A DNA stretch of 64,000 nucleotides from an uncultured Bacteroidia bacterium. GTDB lineage: Bacteria > Bacteroidota > Bacteroidia > Bacteroidales > F082. Location of the stretch: contig CAVWXM010000033.1 in NCBI GenBank assembly GCA_963759045.1, positions 6,452-70,451 of the forward strand, read 5' to 3'. Positions 42,428-54,256 of this stretch are shown here, piece by piece (positions within the stretch are counted from its first letter, which is position 1; each line of letters starts with the position of its first letter). The notes under the pieces are model-generated. The model saw only the letters and a program-made list of their open reading frames with translations. It was not told the DNA's origin and ran no database searches. Made by a program: the position numbers and the translations under genes.

Positions 42428-45400
42428 ATGAATTTGAAAATGAAAAAAACACTACTTAGTATCGTATTAACTTGTTTTGCACTATTTGTTTTTGCGCAAA
42501 ATACATGGATCAACGAATTGCATTACGACAACGCTAGCACAGATGTTGGTGAATTTGTTGAAGTTGTTATTGAAAATCCGGGGAACTATACTTTATCAGA
42601 TTTTGCCGTTCACCTTTATAATGGCAGCAACGGAACGTCCTATGAAAATAGTACATTAGATAATTTCACAGTAGGATCTACTGTTGGTGATTATACAATA
42701 TACACCTGGGATCCAACAAGTATCCAAAATGGAGCACCTGATGGTCTTGCACTTTCTTACCAGGGAACTGTGATCACCGGTCAGTTCTTGAGTTATGAAG
42801 GCGCTTTAACTGCAACTGATGGACCAGCCAATGGATTGACCTCCACAGATATTGGTGTTGAAGAAACTAGTTCAACACCAGTTGGTGAGTCATTACAATT
42901 ATCAGGTGGCGGAACAGTATATACTGATTTTACCTGGCAGGATCCGGCGGATGATACCCCTGGCGATGAGAATAATAACCAAAGCATTGGAGGCACTGTT
43001 ACACCATCAATACTCAATGCGTTTGCAATTAGCGAAACAGCTATGGATATAGAGTATTCCTCTGACGTTACCTCAGTGAATGCAGTAGACTACACCCTTA
43101 CAGGCACTTCAACAATTACGTTTTCAAGTGCCTCTATTGATGGTTCGAATTCTGCACTAGTGCATCTTACAGGAGCATCTGTTAATATGACAGGGGATAT
43201 TACACTTGATAATATTGACGATGCCGCAAACACCAGCGATTTTGACTTTTATGCAGGTATTATGCCGATTTCTTTTGTGAATACTACAAATCCAGGAGGT
43301 ACAATGAACGATGTGAATATTGCTACTTTTCAGGGCATTATCTCTGCAAATGATAATTTCAATAATGTTTGGATGAGTGATGCTGCAGGAGCTTATAATG
43401 GTGTTATGATATTTAATAGCAGTTTTGACGGCTTGGTTGCTGTTGGGGATGAAGTATTAATTACTGCCAAAAGAGACACTTATAATAGCCTTACTGAACT
43501 GGTTGATCCTGAATTGTTATCTACTTTATCAACAGGAAATTCACCTTATGGACCATTCAATAATTGATGGCTCGGATATTGAAGAAAATATTGCTGTTGA
43601 TACTGACCCTGGTGAAAAGTGGGAAGGACAACTGGTAACCATTGAGGACTTTACTGTTGATTCTTATACAGATTACGATTACACGTGTTCTTGGAGTGAC
43701 GGATCAAGTACATATTATTTTCATGTTGGTGATAATGTAGTATATCAATTTGGAGGTATTAGCATGACTGTTGGCAACACTTATGGTTCAATCACAGGTG
43801 TAGTTGACTGGTATAATTCTGGTCCATATTACCGGATTAATCCAAGGGAACAAAATGATATAGTTGAAATCTCATCCAATACCTTTATTGCTGGTAGTTT
43901 TAACGGATGGACTGCCGATGATCCGGATTATCTGTTGACTACCGGAACAACAGGGCTGCTTGAATTAACCAAAAACCTGGCTGCTGGAGATAATGAATAC
44001 AAAGTTGTAGATAACGGTGATTGGTTCCCGGCAGATAATCAGCATATTATTTTAACTGGTGCTGAAGATGTGACCTGGAAATATAATACAAATGCAAATT
44101 TGGTTTCTCATACTTTGCCTGTTGTTGCAGGCGACTTTTTATCGACCATGGGTGGCAACGATTGGGACCCAACTGAGTTAATTGGAGAAATGGAAGATTT
44201 AGATGGAGATGACATTTATACCCTGGAACTCACTATCCCAGTAGCTGGTAATTATGAATGTAAAGTAACATTGAATAACAACTGGAACCAAAGCACAGGT
44301 GGTAATACACCTTTTGTTACTGATGGTGTAAACCCAACTATTTTCACTTATGACTTTCCTAATAATACAACGACGGTCAGTGGACCACCACCACCAATGG
44401 CTACCGTTACTTTTGCAGTTAACGATTCTTTGGGCAAAAACTATGATGGTTTTAGTTTGAAAGGTAGCTGGGATGAAAATGGCCTATACGATCCAGGATG
44501 GGGAGGTGGAATAGAGCACTCCATGTTCTATGATGACGGAACCAATGGAGACACTGTTGCTGGTGACCATATATGGATGTGCGAACAGATATTAACTGCT
44601 GACGATGGATCCAATACCTGGGAATGGGGCGTTAATGATACCGAAGGCAATTGGATTGCAGGCAACTGGCAGTTTACAGTTATTGATGATACACCATTTA
44701 ATTTATCATGGGATGTGCCTGATGAACCTGCATTGATCATCAATGAAATTATGTATAATTCTCCTGGTACTGATGAAGAGTGGGTTGAATTGTATAATAA
44801 TACCGATGCGACTATTGACCTGGAAAACTGGAAATTACTTGATAATGATGGAACTCATACTCCTGTTATTTTACCTGCAGGATATAGTATCGAAGCAGGT
44901 GGTTATTTTACCATCGCGGTGGCTACTGGAGGTGATTTTCCTTTTACACCTGATTATGATGGAACAGGTAATTTTGCATTGAATAATTCTGGAGATGATG
45001 TAAGACTATACAACAATAGCGGAATTTTAATTGATATTGTTAGTTTCACTGATTCTGATCCCTGGCCAACTGCGCCTGATGGTGATGGTCCAACACTTTC
45101 ATTAATTGATCCTGATACCGATAATAGTTTGCCACAAAGTTGGCTCGAAAGTCTCGAAATAGGAGGAACACCAGGTGCTGAGAATTTTCCCCCAATTCCA
45201 TTTGTCACTGTGTTAAATCCGGATGGAGGAGAGTTTATCGAACAAGGTGCTGATTATGAGATTACATGGAGTTTTGGTTTTTGGGATGGTATAATTAATA
45301 TTGAGCTGGTTAAAGAAGGACAGGATCCCGAACCAATAGTTTACAATATACCTTTATCCGATGGTAGCTTCATGTGGACAGTATTAGCTAATCAGGAGCT

Positions 45401-46772
45401 TGGTGATGATTATAAAGTGAGAATATCGGGTGTTGAGGAAGGTGATCCTGTTGGCGAAAGTGAAGATTATTTTTCAATCATCGAACCATATGAATTGCCC
45501 AATATTGTTATCACAGAAATTATGTATAATCCACCTGAATCAGGTGACGACTCACTCGAATTTCTTGAATTTTATAACAATGGTGCCGAAACAATTTCTT
45601 TGGCCGATTTTTCAATCTCTGAAGGAGTTGAATACACTTTCCCGGCAGGAATTGAAATTCTTCCTGATACATTTTTACTGGTTGCAAAAGATTCAGTAGC
45701 CATGTGGTTGACATTTGGCGTCGAAGCCTTGCAATGGACAGGAGGTAGTTTAAGCAATGGAGGAGAGGCAGTTGAACTGAAGGACAATTTCGATATTGTA
45801 GTTGATTACGTGCCCTATGATGATTATCAGCCATGGGATTCTCTGGCCGATGGTTTTGGGCCTTCATTAACCCTTTGTAATCCGGATGCTGATAATACCA
45901 TTGCCGAAAATTGGCGTGCATCTGAAAATTTTGCCGCATTAAATGCTGCTGGTGATTCAATTTGGGCAACACCCGGCTTCGAATGCCAGATATCCCTGAT
46001 TGCTGGTTTTACATCTGATAAACAATATATAATAGTTGGTGATAGTGTAATGTTTACTGATCAGTCTTCAGGAAACCCAATAAGCTGGAGCTGGGCTTTT
46101 GAAGGAGGAATTCCTGAGACTTTTGATGGGCAAACCCCGCCATACATCATTTATGAACAGGCAGGAATGTGGGATGTTACGCTTGTAATTTCGGATGGAG
46201 CGAATACAGATAGTTTAACTTACCAGGAATATATCCACTCAGGTTATGCTCCTGAAGCTGATTTTGTTGCAGATCAAACCCAGGTGCTTGCAGGAAGCTA
46301 TACCAATTTTACTTCTCTGTCAACTGGTGAAAATCTTACGTTTGAATGGACATTTGAAGGTGGAACTCCCGAAACTTCCGGTGAGGAAAACCCTGCTGAG
46401 GTTTATTACCTGATTATGGATTGGGATACATATGATGTAACATTGGTAGTTACAAATGAGTTTGGATCAGATACACTATTAAAAGAAGATTATATCGAAG
46501 TAATTCCTGAAAATGTACATGAAAAAATCCTGACTAATCAGAATGTTAATTTATACCCAAATCCAAACCAGGGAGAGTTCACAATTTCGATTCCTGCAAA
46601 TGCCAATGCAGAAGTAAAAATTGTTGACCTTCAAGGACGTGCAATGTTTTATGAGAAAATTTCAGGGTCTCAGCAAATTGATGTTGATATGTTGAAAAAA
46701 GGTATTTACATTGTGAAAATATTTGATACTGAAAGCGGATCACAAGTTGTTAAAAGACTCGTTATTCGATAA
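42428..46772 (+). CDS. Large T9SS-secreted multidomain protein (3 lamin-tail domains, CBM/E-set-like module, 2 PKD domains, T9SS C-terminal sorting domain); one frameshift near 43556
   Basis: Signal peptide. LTD motifs NELHYDN..GEFVEV, INEIMYNSPGTDEEWVELYN and ITEIMYNPP..LEFLEFYN. SFNGW module. PKD-like FTDQSSGNPISWSW and FTSLSTGENLTFEW. C-terminal NLYPNPNQGEFTI...GIYIVKI. Confidence 0.8.
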
Positions 46773-46780
46773 AATATTAT

Positions 46781-46820
46781 TTCCCGGTTGTTTATTAATT
46801 TTTTGATAAACAACCGGGAA
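46781..46820 (+). terminator. Perfect 15-bp hairpin (no T-tract), probable terminator
   Basis: ttcccggttgtttat, a 10-nt loop, then ataaacaaccgggaa, 9 nt after the stop codon. Confidence 0.55.
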
Positions 46821-46860
46821 TAAAACCAAAGCAATATTTCTAAACTTAAAATAAGATATT

Positions 46861-48537
46861 ATGAAAAAAACTTTACTTATTATTCAACTTGTTTTCTTTG
46901 TCATTTTATCGGCCAGTGCACAAAACGTATGGACCAATGAACTGCATTATGATAATGTGAGTACTGACGAAGGAGAATTTATTGAAATCGTACTCGAAAA
47001 CGCCGGAACCTACAGCCTGGCTGATTTTGCCATTACTTTATATAATGGTAATAGTGGAGAGGGTTATGATACAAAAACGCTTGATCAATTCACAATGGGC
47101 AACGTCGAAGGTGACTTTACGATCATGTATTATGACTATCCTTCAAATGGAATTCAAAATGGAGAGAGTGATGGGTTTGCAATCAGTTATCAGGGAAACC
47201 TCATTGATGGACAGTTTTTGAGTTACGAAGGAACATTAACAGCAGTTGATGGGCCCGCATCGGGTCAAACCTCTACTGATATTGGGGTCAGTGAAATTAA
47301 TGCTGATGTTGGTACATCCTTGCAATTATCAGGAACAGGATCACAATATAGTGAGTTTCTTTGGCAGCCCACGGCACCAGAAACAAAAGGTGCTTTAAAT
47401 AACAACCAAAGCTTTGGTAGCTTTACACCTGATCCTGAGCCAACAAACTACCCAACTGAATTCACGGCCACAGCTTCGGGTTTAAGTATTACAGTGGAAT
47501 GGACAGATGCCGTTGGTGAACAATTACCACATGGCTATTTAGTTATTGGAGAAAGATATATCGTAAAAGATCCAGCTTATGATGTTCCGGTTGATGGAAC
47601 TCCGGTTCCAGATGATCTCGATTGGTCAGATGGCGAAGTTTATGTCAATATTGCTTATGGGCAGGAAATGACAGTATTTAATGGTTTAGACGGTGGTGGT
47701 CAGTATGGCTTTGTCATTTATCCGTATACAAATTCAGGCGAAAATATTGATTATAAAACAGATGGAGATGTTCCAAATGCAAGTGCCCAAATCGAGAATT
47801 TGGTGACCATTAATTTTGAAGATTTTGAAAGTGGCACCTTAGGTACATGGACACAATACAGTGTTATCGGAGATCAAATCTGGGAAGCCGATGAATTTAG
47901 TGGAGATAAGTTTGCTAAGATGAGTGGATTTTCTGATGGTTCGAATGTGAATGAGGATTGGCTAATTTCTCCTCAACTTTGGATGACTAATGTATTTGAT
48001 GTAAGGTTCAGCTTTATTTCAGCCTATAATTATTCAGGCGCACCTCTGGAACTTTATATTTCAAATGATTATGATGGCAGTGGAAACCCCAATGATTTTA
48101 TCTGGACCGATCTTACTGATATGGTTGAATGGTCAGATGGTGGCTGGAATTGGGTTGAATCAGGTATCTTAGAAATCTCGGATTATTATAATGGCCTATG
48201 CTATCTGGCATTTAAATATACTTCTTCTGCTGAGGAATCAGCTACTTGGGAATTGGATAATTTATTTGTTTATGCATCTTCCAGTGTTGGTTTCCCAGAA
48301 AATGAAACCTCAACATTCCGGTTCTATCCAAATCCGGCAAATGATAATATTCAATTTTCTGCAGAGATGAATGGACAGCTTTCTATTTTTAACCTTGCTG
48401 GTCAGCTTGTAAAAAACGAAAGCATTAAGAAAGGTGAAAATAATATTGATATTTCTGCAATGGAAACCGGAATATATATCTTACAATTTATTGATAATGA
48501 GCATCACGTTTCAGTTGAGAAACTGATTGTCAGATAA
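46861..48537 (+). CDS. T9SS-secreted protein with an N-terminal LTD module paralogous to 42428.., an FN3-like middle, a MAM/choice-of-anchor-like domain and a T9SS C-terminal domain
   Basis: Signal peptide. NELHYDNVSTDEGEFIEIVL...LYNGNSGEGY...FLSYEG... aligns with the N-terminus of the upstream protein. C-terminal FYPNPANDNIQF...GIYILQF. Confidence 0.8.
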   Translation: MKKTLLIIQLVFFVILSASAQNVWTNELHYDNVSTDEGEFIEIVLENAGTYSLADFAITLYNGNSGEGYDTKTLDQFTMGNVEGDFTIMYYDYPSNGIQNGESDGFAISYQGNLIDGQFLSYEGTLTAVDGPASGQTSTDIGVSEINADVGTSLQLSGTGSQYSEFLWQPTAPETKGALNNNQSFGSFTPDPEPTNYPTEFTATASGLSITVEWTDAVGEQLPHGYLVIGERYIVKDPAYDVPVDGTPVPDDLDWSDGEVYVNIAYGQEMTVFNGLDGGGQYGFVIYPYTNSGENIDYKTDGDVPNASAQIENLVTINFEDFESGTLGTWTQYSVIGDQIWEADEFSGDKFAKMSGFSDGSNVNEDWLISPQLWMTNVFDVRFSFISAYNYSGAPLELYISNDYDGSGNPNDFIWTDLTDMVEWSDGGWNWVESGILEISDYYNGLCYLAFKYTSSAEESATWELDNLFVYASSSVGFPENETSTFRFYPNPANDNIQFSAEMNGQLSIFNLAGQLVKNESIKKGENNIDISAMETGIYILQFIDNEHHVSVEKLIVR

Positions 48538-48555
48538 AGTTTTAAACATTTCTTT

Positions 48556-48595
48556 AAAAACCCCGCCCTTCTAAATGAGATTGGCGGGGTTTTTG
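48556..48595 (+). terminator. Rho-independent terminator
   Basis: aaaaaccccgcc, a 15-nt loop, then ggcggggttttt. Confidence 0.8.
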
Positions 48596-48628
48596 CTAAT
48601 TATTCACCTTATTATCAGTTGAAAACAG

Positions 48629-48636
48629 TAAATTTG
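48629..48636 (+). promoter_or_regulatory. Putative -7 box (TAAATTTG)
   Basis: Exact TAnnTTTG match inside the 5' end of the track ORF. ATG 48688 gives MKIIKNMFLLLVLFYTGNSVIAQ. Confidence 0.35.
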
Positions 48637-48687
48637 CAAATTGCTGTCATCCTGATAATTTTATTCAAAGATTTCCGTTTTTCTCGA

Positions 48688-50247
48688 ATGAAGATCATCA
48701 AAAATATGTTTTTGTTACTGGTGTTATTTTACACAGGCAATTCAGTTATTGCTCAAAAGTTGCAACCCATCAGGCTCGAAGTTCCTTCTGAAATAAATGC
48801 TGATAATTTCCATGTTGAGGTACTTGGCGGAAAAGGAGCACTCATCTTTTATGAAAGCAATGAGGTAACTGATGATAGCCAGACAAAATGGTTTTTTGGG
48901 CTTTTTAATACTTCGTTAAAGCAACAGTGGTTAAAGTTTATTCCCTTAGCTGAAAAACTTGAATATGTAGGATCTGATCAATCGGAAAGCAAGTTATTCC
49001 TGTTATTCCGAAATTTAACACGAGGCCGATCAGAGGAGGGTTCGTATGAAATAGTGACATATAATATTCTTTCAAACGAATTTTCAAAAGTAACAGGAAC
49101 TTTTCCAAATAAGGCTGAAATAGCCGGTTTTTCAACTATTGGAAATACCGGATGTTTAGCATTAAATATCAATCGTCAGGAAACCGACATGTTATTTATT
49201 GATCTGGTTACCGGCGATATAAAGGCGTCACATATAATGCCAGATGCAGACAGCTATATTTTCAAATTATTTGCGGATAAAAATAACAGGCAATTTTATA
49301 CTGCGTTAAAAGTAATTCAAGATAACCGGTATATCAAAGATAAAGTGGTTAGGTTTTCTTCCACCGGGGAAGAAGAAAGTGTATATGATATCGAAATAGT
49401 GGAGGGATTAAAAACATTGAGTGATTATTATTTTCTTCCTGCAAAAAACAACCGCTTGCTAATGTTTGGTACGTATGATATTATTACCGAAAGGATAAAT
49501 TCATTTAAGGGTTTGTTGGATAATGAAGATCCAAAAAGCGTTGGTATGTATTACCTTCAATTTAATGAGGGTAAACAATCTTTATTGAAATTTTATGACT
49601 TTTTAGGCTTCGAAAACCTCTACGGTTCTTTGGGCAACCGGACAATGGAATACAAAAAAAAGGCTACTGGTAAAGAAGAAGTAAAGGAGAAGTCATTAAC
49701 CGCATATTTCCATCTTTACGATCCACAGGTGATTAAAGTAAATGATCAATATGTTTTTTCGGTTGAAGTGTACAAACCATACTATACCACCGAAACCAGA
49801 ATGGATTATGATTTTTATGGAAGGCCTGTACCTTATACATACAGTGTATTTGGCGGGTATGACTTTTATGATGTCATCGTTGTTGGGCTTTCAGAAGAAG
49901 GTGATCTGATATGGAATAATGATTTTTCAATTGATGATTTACGGTCATATGAACTCAATAGGAATAGCATAGTATTTGATGATGATGAGTTTATTTCTAT
50001 AGCATATATCAATAAGGGATATATTCATCTTCAGACTATTGAAGGTCCTGTTGATATTGGAAAAGCCCAAACAGAAATAGAGTCAAAAATTGAAAAGGAT
50101 CGTGTAGCCGATGATCAATTCAATCAAATAAGATATTGGTACGATAATTTTTTCCTGGTATATGGCTACCAGAAACTAAAAAACCGAACCCTTGATGACC
50201 AAAGTACACGAACAGCTTTTTATGTTAATAAAGTTGCTTACAATTAA
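48688..50247 (+). CDS. Hypothetical secreted protein
   Basis: 519 aa with a signal peptide. No family recognised. Confidence 0.55.
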   Translation: MKIIKNMFLLLVLFYTGNSVIAQKLQPIRLEVPSEINADNFHVEVLGGKGALIFYESNEVTDDSQTKWFFGLFNTSLKQQWLKFIPLAEKLEYVGSDQSESKLFLLFRNLTRGRSEEGSYEIVTYNILSNEFSKVTGTFPNKAEIAGFSTIGNTGCLALNINRQETDMLFIDLVTGDIKASHIMPDADSYIFKLFADKNNRQFYTALKVIQDNRYIKDKVVRFSSTGEEESVYDIEIVEGLKTLSDYYFLPAKNNRLLMFGTYDIITERINSFKGLLDNEDPKSVGMYYLQFNEGKQSLLKFYDFLGFENLYGSLGNRTMEYKKKATGKEEVKEKSLTAYFHLYDPQVIKVNDQYVFSVEVYKPYYTTETRMDYDFYGRPVPYTYSVFGGYDFYDVIVVGLSEEGDLIWNNDFSIDDLRSYELNRNSIVFDDDEFISIAYINKGYIHLQTIEGPVDIGKAQTEIESKIEKDRVADDQFNQIRYWYDNFFLVYGYQKLKNRTLDDQSTRTAFYVNKVAYN

Positions 50248-50264
50248 AACCAAAGCATTGCACA

Positions 50265-51053
50265 ATGAAAAAATTATGGCAAATACTTAGCTATCTTGCT
50301 TACAGGTTTACTGCCAAAACGCGATATAAAGTTCATTCGCCTTTTGTTTATGAGTTGGTTGAAAAAGTATTTAGGGATAAAAAACGGTACAAGGAGTATT
50401 CGGACTTAAATAAAGCAAGGCGCAGATTATTAGAACGAACGGATAGAGTTGAAGTCTTGGATTTTGGTGCTTCAGCTGGTAAGAATGATTACGCAATAAA
50501 AATTACTATAGTTGGTGATGTCGTAAAAAAAACCAGTCATACGAAAAAACAATTAGAACTGTTATTCCGACTGGCAAGGTATTTTAAACCAAAAACCATA
50601 CTTGAATTTGGCACTTCTGTTGGCATCAGTGCATCCTACTTGGGCAAAGGATACCCGGATGCAAAATTGATAACAATGGAGGGCAGTATGGGCCTTGCAG
50701 CAGTAGCTGATGCTAATCTTAAAAAACGAGGGGTTTCAGTTGAGCTTGAAGTGGGCGAATTTGACGCGATTCTTGATAATGTAATAAAGGACGAAGAGGT
50801 GCTTAATATGGTGTTTTTTGATGGAAATCATCGAAAAAAATCAACGCTTATGTATTTTGAAAAATGTCTTTTAAAAGCTGACGAAAACAGCGTGTTTATT
50901 TTTGATGACATACATTGGTCACCCGGGATGGAGCTTGCATGGAAAAAGATCAAGTCAAATAAACAGGTCAGTATTTCTATTGATTTATACTGGGCAGGGA
51001 TGGTTTTTTTTAAAACAGGTATCGCCAAACAGGACTTTGTGATTCGTTATTAA
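50265..51053 (+). CDS. Class I SAM-dependent methyltransferase
   Basis: 262 aa. LEFGTSVGISASYL (motif I-like) and FFDGNH. Confidence 0.7.
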   Translation: MKKLWQILSYLAYRFTAKTRYKVHSPFVYELVEKVFRDKKRYKEYSDLNKARRRLLERTDRVEVLDFGASAGKNDYAIKITIVGDVVKKTSHTKKQLELLFRLARYFKPKTILEFGTSVGISASYLGKGYPDAKLITMEGSMGLAAVADANLKKRGVSVELEVGEFDAILDNVIKDEEVLNMVFFDGNHRKKSTLMYFEKCLLKADENSVFIFDDIHWSPGMELAWKKIKSNKQVSISIDLYWAGMVFFKTGIAKQDFVIRY

Positions 51054-51086
51054 GTTTTTCATTTGCGCTACAATTTGTGATTTTCG

Positions 51087-51094
51087 TACATTTG
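51087..51094 (+). promoter_or_regulatory. Putative -7 box (TACATTTG)
   Basis: Exact TAnnTTTG match 21 nt upstream of ATG 51115. Confidence 0.4.
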
Positions 51095-51114
51095 GAATGT
51101 AAACGCAACCATAA

Positions 51115-51849
51115 ATGAAAGAAGAAATTATTCGGTTTGAAAATATCTCAAGGTTTTACCAGGTTGGAACAGTTACTGTTAAAGCGCTTGAAGATGTTTC
51201 TGTTAGTATCAATAGAAATGAGTTTGTAGCTTTAATGGGGCCTTCTGGGTCAGGAAAATCAACCATGATGAATGTGCTCGGATGCCTTGACACGGCAACT
51301 GCAGGCAGTTACTTCCTGAATGGAATTGATGTAAGTAAGCGTTCAGATAATGAACTCGCCGATATTAGAAACAAAGAAATTGGATTTATCTTTCAGACTT
51401 TTAATTTGCTTCCCCGTTCCTCTGCTCTTGAAAATGTGATGCTACCGCTGATATATGCAGGTATTTCAAAAAACGAACGAATTAAACAGGCAGAAGAAAC
51501 ACTTGATCAGGTACAATTGGCAGACAGGATGACTCATAAACCCAATGAATTATCAGGTGGTCAACGACAACGTGTAGCAATTGCAAGAGCGCTGGTTAAT
51601 AAGCCATCCATTGTTTTAGCTGATGAACCAACAGGTAACCTTGATTCAAAAACTTCGATTGAAATCATGGGATTACTTGAACAGATACACGAGCAGGGAA
51701 ACACAATTATTGTTGTTACACATGAAGAAGATATTGCCCGTCATGCACATCGGATCATCAGGATGATGGATGGTAGAATTGCTTCAGATATAATTAATCC
51801 GGATATTCAAACTGTGAAAGGACAAAGTGTTATTGCATCTGAATCATAA
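51115..51849 (+). CDS. ABC transporter ATP-binding protein (MacB/LolD-type)
   Basis: Walker A (GPSGSGKST), signature ([13 protein letters not shown]) and Walker B (IVLADEPT). Confidence 0.92.
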   Translation: MKEEIIRFENISRFYQVGTVTVKALEDVSVSINRNEFVALMGPSGSGKSTMMNVLGCLDTATAGSYFLNGIDVSKRSDNELADIRNKEIGFIFQTFNLLPRSSALENVMLPLIYAGISKNERIKQAEETLDQVQLADRMTHKPNELSGGQRQRVAIARALVNKPSIVLADEPTGNLDSKTSIEIMGLLEQIHEQGNTIIVVTHEEDIARHAHRIIRMMDGRIASDIINPDIQTVKGQSVIASES

Positions 51850-51914
51850 TCATAATAGGCTTTTAAACAATTTAATCACTTAAATTGTTGTCGGAGTAAC
51901 TAAATACAAACTTA

Positions 51915-52475
51915 ATGAGTGCAGACTGGAAAATTTACACAAAAACAGGAGATGGAGGAAGTACTTCACTCATAGGTGGTACACGTGTGCCAAAATATGA
52001 TGTTCGGATTGAAGCATATGGAACTGTAGATGAGCTTAATTCATGGATTGGACTGATTCGTGACCAGCAAATCGACGAACACTTTCAGGATATATTGTTG
52101 GAAATACAAGATCGATTATTCACACTAGAATCAGAACTTGCCAGGGGTCCTGAAGCATTAAATAGACAATTACCTGAAATTAGTGAATCTGATATTCTTC
52201 TACTAGAAAAAGAGATTGATAGCATGAATGAGGCCTTACCTGAACTTTCTTCTTTTATTCTGCCCGGTGGTCATACAACGGTTTCATATTGTCATCTTGC
52301 AAGAACTGTTTGCCGACGGTCTGAAAGACTAACACTCAAAATGGGTGAAACATTTCCGGTTAACCCGTTAAATATAAAATATTTAAACAGACTATCTGAC
52401 TATCTTTTTGTGCTTTCAAGAATCTTATCACATAATCTTGGCGCGCCCGAAACGCTATGGAAACCTCGAATTTAA
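51915..52475 (+). CDS. PduO-type ATP:cob(I)alamin adenosyltransferase
   Basis: YTKTGDGGSTSL...AYGTVDELNSWIG is the signature of this family. Confidence 0.88.
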   Translation: MSADWKIYTKTGDGGSTSLIGGTRVPKYDVRIEAYGTVDELNSWIGLIRDQQIDEHFQDILLEIQDRLFTLESELARGPEALNRQLPEISESDILLLEKEIDSMNEALPELSSFILPGGHTTVSYCHLARTVCRRSERLTLKMGETFPVNPLNIKYLNRLSDYLFVLSRILSHNLGAPETLWKPRI

Positions 52476-52524
52476 AGGATATCTTCTGATTTTATTTTTT
52501 GCTTGTTATTCTCGGATTTAAAAT

Positions 52525-52532
52525 TACTTTTG
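52525..52532 (+). promoter_or_regulatory. Putative -7 box (TACTTTTG)
   Basis: Exact TAnnTTTG match 30 nt upstream of ATG 52562. Confidence 0.4.
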
Positions 52533-52561
52533 CAAAAAATAATAATTTAAAAATCTGAGCT

Positions 52562-52783
52562 ATGTATTGGACTTTAGAGTTGGCCTCGAAGCTTGAGGAT
52601 GCCCCATGGCCGGCAACAAAAGATGAGCTCATAGAGTGGTGTATTCGTACCGGTGCGCAACCTGAGGTAATCGAAAATCTGAAAGAGATTGAGGATGAAG
52701 GCGAGGTCTACGAACGTATTGAAGATATTTGGCCCGACTATCCTACTAAAGAAGATTTCTTTTTTAATGAGGATGAATATTAA
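52562..52783 (+). CDS. DUF2795-family small protein
   Basis: 73 aa. PATKDELIEWCIRTGAQPEVIENL resembles DUF2795. Confidence 0.65.
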   Translation: MYWTLELASKLEDAPWPATKDELIEWCIRTGAQPEVIENLKEIEDEGEVYERIEDIWPDYPTKEDFFFNEDEY

Positions 52784-52804
52784 AAACCAACAAAGAATAT
52801 TTGA

Positions 52805-52832
52805 AGCTGTCAGTTTACTGGCGGCTTTTTTT
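52805..52832 (+). terminator. Rho-independent terminator
   Basis: agctgtcag, loop ttta, then ctggcggct (2 G-U pairs), followed by a T7 run. Confidence 0.7.
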
Positions 52833-52842
52833 ATGCCAATAC

Positions 52843-53385
52843 TTAAGAAATCTGAAATTGAAAAAAACTGAAATTAACGTGGCCATACCTGCGGTGTTCT
52901 ACAAAAAATTCCTGATTATTTAAAATCACTTCCTTTGGATGTTCAACAATTAACCATCCACCCGGATTAAGCAGTTTATATTTGAATACCTCTGAACTTA
53001 TCTCTGGAATATTTTCCATTTGATAGGGCGGATCAGCAAAAATGATGTCGAATTTGGATTTTGTTGTTTTGATAAATCTAAACACATCGGTTCGCATTGT
53101 TCTGATAGAATCCATGCCAAACTCTTTTGCAGTTTGTTTGATAAACTGAATACATTTAAAATTTAAATCAATTGAAACTATTGCATCACAACCCCGCGAA
53201 GCAAATTCGTATGAAAGGGATCCTGTACCTGCAAATAGGTCAAGTGCTTTTTTTTGTTCGAAGGAGACTTTGTTACGTAGAATATTGAAGAGGCTTTCCT
53301 TTGCTAGATCAGTTGTTGGGCGCACCGGGAGGTTCTTTGGAGGCTTAATGATCCGTTTTGCATATTCACCACCAATTATTCGCAT
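52843..53385 (-). CDS. rsmD: 16S rRNA (guanine966-N2)-methyltransferase
   Basis: MRIIGG...RPTTD..KESLFNIL...DLFAGTGSLSYE...ADPPY. Confidence 0.9.
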   Translation of the reverse strand: MRIIGGEYAKRIIKPPKNLPVRPTTDLAKESLFNILRNKVSFEQKKALDLFAGTGSLSYEFASRGCDAIVSIDLNFKCIQFIKQTAKEFGMDSIRTMRTDVFRFIKTTKSKFDIIFADPPYQMENIPEISSEVFKYKLLNPGGWLIVEHPKEVILNNQEFFVEHRRYGHVNFSFFQFQIS

Positions 53386-54246
53386 TGCAGTACATTAAAT
53401 AATGTATAGAATTGGTGATGGGCAATCTTATCCAGTAAATAAGAATAATTGAATATTTCATTTTTCTCAATAAACTCAATGTGTCTGATATACTGGTACA
53501 CCATTTCGTAGAAAATGGAACTTTTGCTGAAATCCCCAAGTAAAATTAGTTTAACCGTTTCCGGATTTAAATTTAATTGATCAATTGCAGCAAGCAGGAA
53601 ATAGATAAAATCCTCTTTTGTTTTAAATTTAAATGAGTTATGAAAAAATAATTTGCCGTTTTTAAGGTAAACCAATTCAAAATAGTCTTTATGTAGTTGA
53701 ACGAAAAGTGAGTTATTTCTTGTTTTATTTTTAAAATTGATCAGTAAACTCTCAATAAGGATTGATGAGAAATGTCTGATCGCAAGCACCAGGCCATACC
53801 TCCAAAAGTTTGTTCTTTAATCCTTCAGCTATTGTAAATATATTTATAGCCCCGGCATTTTTAAGTTGGTTATATAGTACCGAAGCGTCTTCATTTATTG
53901 GTTGATTGAATTTTAGTAATGATTCTTTCTCTTTTTCAACAAAAAGTGATGAAGGTATAAGTGTGCAGTTTTGATCAGTATAAATAATATTGATTTGCTT
54001 AAAAGATTGCTTTAACCATTTCCGTTGATCAATAACTGAGTCAATTTCTACACCAGGTTGGTTTTTATTTTTTACCCCAACAAACCGAAAAGACTCCAGG
54101 GCAATAATTTTGTTTTTTTCAGGATGATAAACTGAAAAAGCAAGTCCATGCAAACTTAATTGCACAGACAAAATATATGACGGATAAAGGGATTCGGTAA
54201 ATGACTTGTCGAAAAAACTGGTATGTGGGTTAACGTATGCTGGCAT
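53376..54246 (-). CDS. DUF3822-family protein (frameshift near 53770)
   Basis: Split into 53752..54246 and 53376..53789. It sits immediately upstream of rsmD, as I recall is common in Bacteroidota. Confidence 0.6.
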
Positions 54247-54256
54247 TGGGAATTAA

